Of a DNA stretch of 64,000 bases, positions 61,462-64,000 are shown one piece after another (position 1 is the first letter of the stretch; each line of letters opens with the position of its first letter). This DNA comes from Zootoca vivipara. Its lineage: Eukaryota. Position numbers and translations under genes: made by a program. The notes under the pieces are model-generated. The model saw only the letters and a list, made by a program, of their open reading frames with translations, was not told the DNA's origin and did no database searches. The stretch is taken from positions 27,652,001-27,716,000 of the forward strand of contig NC_083288.1 in NCBI RefSeq assembly GCF_963506605.1, read 5' to 3'.

Positions 61462-62451
61462 ATGGAACAATTTGTGACAAAAAATGAAAGGGATAATGAA
61501 ACAGTTGTCACAGAATTTATCCTTCTAGGATTCAAGACACTTCCTGAACTGCAGGCTCCACTCTTCGTTATATTTCTAGCAATCTACACGGTGACAGTTA
61601 CTGGAAACATTCTTATAGCCACAGCAGTCCTCGCTGATCATCAACTTCACAAGCCCATGTACTTCTTCCTGGGGAACCTGTCAATTTTAGAGATCTGCTA
61701 CATCTCAACAACCCTTCCAAAACTTTTGGCTAGCTTGTTGAGTGACTATCATGGGATTTCCTTTAGTGGGTGTTTCCTCCAGTTCTATTTCTTTGGCTGT
61801 TTTGCTTGCACTGAGTGTTACCTATTATCTGTGATGTCATATGACAGGTATGCAGCCATATGTAAACCATTACATTATGTAACCATCATGAACAGGAGAC
61901 TATGTGTTCAGTTATCAGTTGCGCCTTGGATTATTGGTGCTGTACTTACTGCAATTACGGCATTCTGTGCGTCACATCTGAATTTCTGTGGCCCCAATGA
62001 AATCGACCATTTCTTTTGTGATTATACACCATTGTTAATGCTCTCCTGTGGTGAAACTCAGCAGGCAGAAATGTTGATGACAGTGGTGGGATTCGCAGGC
62101 ATCATGCCACCATTGATACTGACCTTGACCTCCTATGCTTGCATTATCAACACCATTTTGAAAATCCCTTCAAACAGTGGCAGGAAAAAAGCTTTTTCTA
62201 CCTGCTCCTCTCATCTTATCGTGGTCACCATTTTCTATGGTACCCTTATCATAGTGTACATGTTACCAAACACCGACACACTGAGGGATCTGAACAAAAT
62301 CTTTTCTCTTTGCTACACCATCCTGACTCCCATGTTCAATCCCTTCATCTACAGCCTGAGGAACAGAGACTTCAAGCAAGCGCTCACAAAAGCCTTCAGC
62401 AAATTTGTGCCTGGGAGAACAATGGAAGAAAACCAAATGCAGCAAAATTAA
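61462..62451 (+). CDS. Olfactory receptor, OR11/OR6-like (OR-3), intact, 329 aa
   Basis: Same OR motifs. The likely start is ATG 61462 after the acceptor ttttctgttccag| at 61443, matching the paralog N-termini. Confidence 0.93.
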   Translation: MEQFVTKNERDNETVVTEFILLGFKTLPELQAPLFVIFLAIYTVTVTGNILIATAVLADHQLHKPMYFFLGNLSILEICYISTTLPKLLASLLSDYHGISFSGCFLQFYFFGCFACTECYLLSVMSYDRYAAICKPLHYVTIMNRRLCVQLSVAPWIIGAVLTAITAFCASHLNFCGPNEIDHFFCDYTPLLMLSCGETQQAEMLMTVVGFAGIMPPLILTLTSYACIINTILKIPSNSGRKKAFSTCSSHLIVVTIFYGTLIIVYMLPNTDTLRDLNKIFSLCYTILTPMFNPFIYSLRNRDFKQALTKAFSKFVPGRTMEENQMQQN

Positions 62452-62689
62452 ATGCTTCTGTAACTGAGGAGACAAACTGAAAACAATAGAAGCACTTTGG
62501 AGTAAGTGGTTTGTGACTTGCAATTTCAAAAATCCACCAGTGAAATTAATTAAACTAACAATATTGATGGCTTTAAAAAAAAAAGATGCAGAGCATATAC
62601 ATGTATAATGTCACTCAGAAGAGTGGAGACATTTCCAAAACCTAGTATTCCACCCTTTGTAGTCTGCTGGGACTACAGAACTGAATAAA

Positions 62690-63030
62690 ATGAACCATAG
62701 GAAGAAGAAATGGGGTTAATCCAGCAACTGTGACAGAAATTTAACCTCCTTGGATTTAAGGCTCTGCCTGAATTGCAGGGTTTAGATTTTGTTGTGATTC
62801 TGGAAGCCTGCATACCTAACAATGGCAAGGCACCATTAACATGTGTCAACTTCTCACAACTGTTGAATTCCTCATGCAAGACAGGTCCCACAACTTTTGA
62901 CTGTCGGGGGCTGCAGATTATATCTCCCCACCCTGCCATGAACTGTCATTGAAATTGTTGCATTGGAGGAAGATGTGCCATTAAAGGGTGTCCTAACTAG
63001 AGATGTATCATTCAGTTTTGATCCTGTGTC
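62690..63030 (+). pseudogene. Decayed OR 5' fragment
   Basis: aatccagcaactgtgacagaaatttaacctccttggatttaaggctctgcctgaattgcag aligns to the N..VTEF.LLGFK.LPELQ start of OR-1 to OR-3, with a 1-nt insertion and further decay. Confidence 0.7.
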
Positions 63031-64000
63031 AGTTTTGCATGTGCTCATCCATAAATCTGATCCACCATGCTGCCATTTATTTTGTTTACCAATCCATATA
63101 CTATTTATTGCTGGTACTCAAGAGTTTGTCAAATGGCCATTCTTGAAAAGATAGCTCATAAACTTAAATATCTAAAAGGCAGAGCTGTTTATTTTGTGTC
63201 TTGATTTTATTTCTTATAAAAATAATGAGGAACATGTTCACTCAGTGCCACCATTGTATGCAAATGTCTGGCTCATTTAAGATTATATAAAATATTTATT
63301 ATTAATAATGATGGAACCAACAGCTGATGTATACTTTGTAAAGGGGATTCTTGTATGTATTAATACTTGATTATCTCTTTTGAACCACAAAATATCTTTC
63401 TACTTTTGTCCTTCCAGGCTCTGATGCATTATGGTTTCAATTTCTTTTTCTTTAACTTCTTACTTATTGTTATGTTTGCAATTTTTTGTTCACATATCAA
63501 TAATTTTTTTTATAAAAAAGAAGGAAAAGAATCCTTTGTACAGTAGAGAGCACTGACTTAACAGGGTTCCCAGTTGCAGTGAATACTCTCTTTCAGATCT
63601 TTTGCCTCAATGAATGAAGTCTGGGGTGGAGCCAATGGGGACATAGCTGGCATATGCAGTCCTGTGAGACTACCACAATTTATTCACCCATCTCTATGGG
63701 CAGATTGCTTAAATTATTGCAGCATATAATCCCACTCTTCCAGGTCTTCTGTTTCAAACATTATTTTTTAAATCAGGACTCCCAAATTGATGAAATGTTT
63801 TTTGAGGGGGTGAAGGGCATGATGCATTGCACACTCACCATTTGAATGGCAATGGCTATTAACTTGGGGGGGGCTGCCCCCTCATATATTTTATGGGGGG
63901 GTGAAGGCCCAATTCAATTCAATTTTATTTACGGTCACAGACCAGCTCACATACAGAATCAAAAATCATAAAACTCAATGGTGTAGCATTAAAATTTACA

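Noticed and set aside
21458-62451. MHC-linked OR cluster identity (OR11A/OR14J-like)
   Set aside because: No MHC-region marker gene is in the window, and these OR families also occur in other clusters.

Overview
Eukaryotic genomic DNA from a squamate, probably a lacertid lizard (Sauria SINEs, a tRNA-Lys SINE with a CR1 tail, Bov-B, L2), with three assembly gaps. The window holds two intact, tandem, minus-strand albumin/alpha-fetoprotein-family genes. I reconstructed all 14 coding exons of each by hand, with GT-AG boundaries and albumin-type exon sizes: gene A CDS 852-20397 (612 aa) and gene B CDS 27848-45208 (613 aa). They sit among olfactory receptor (OR) genes: one OR14-like gene between the two albumins, and three OR11/OR6-like genes plus a decayed OR fragment upstream of gene B. 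Main observations: (1) albumin paralogs interleaved with ORs, with splice signals that could join gene B's last exon to the OR14-like exon; (2) both proteins lack Cys34, and gene B has a new unpaired Cys in domain III; (3) fast protein divergence despite alignable introns; (4) minimal hammerhead ribozyme motifs in Penelope-like remnants; (5) six TTATGTAA D-box motifs in an albumin intron; (6) a 73-bp segment inserted in inverted form into itself; (7) a (TTA)15 microsatellite occupying a splice-acceptor tract. Family names rest on remembered motifs, not database searches.
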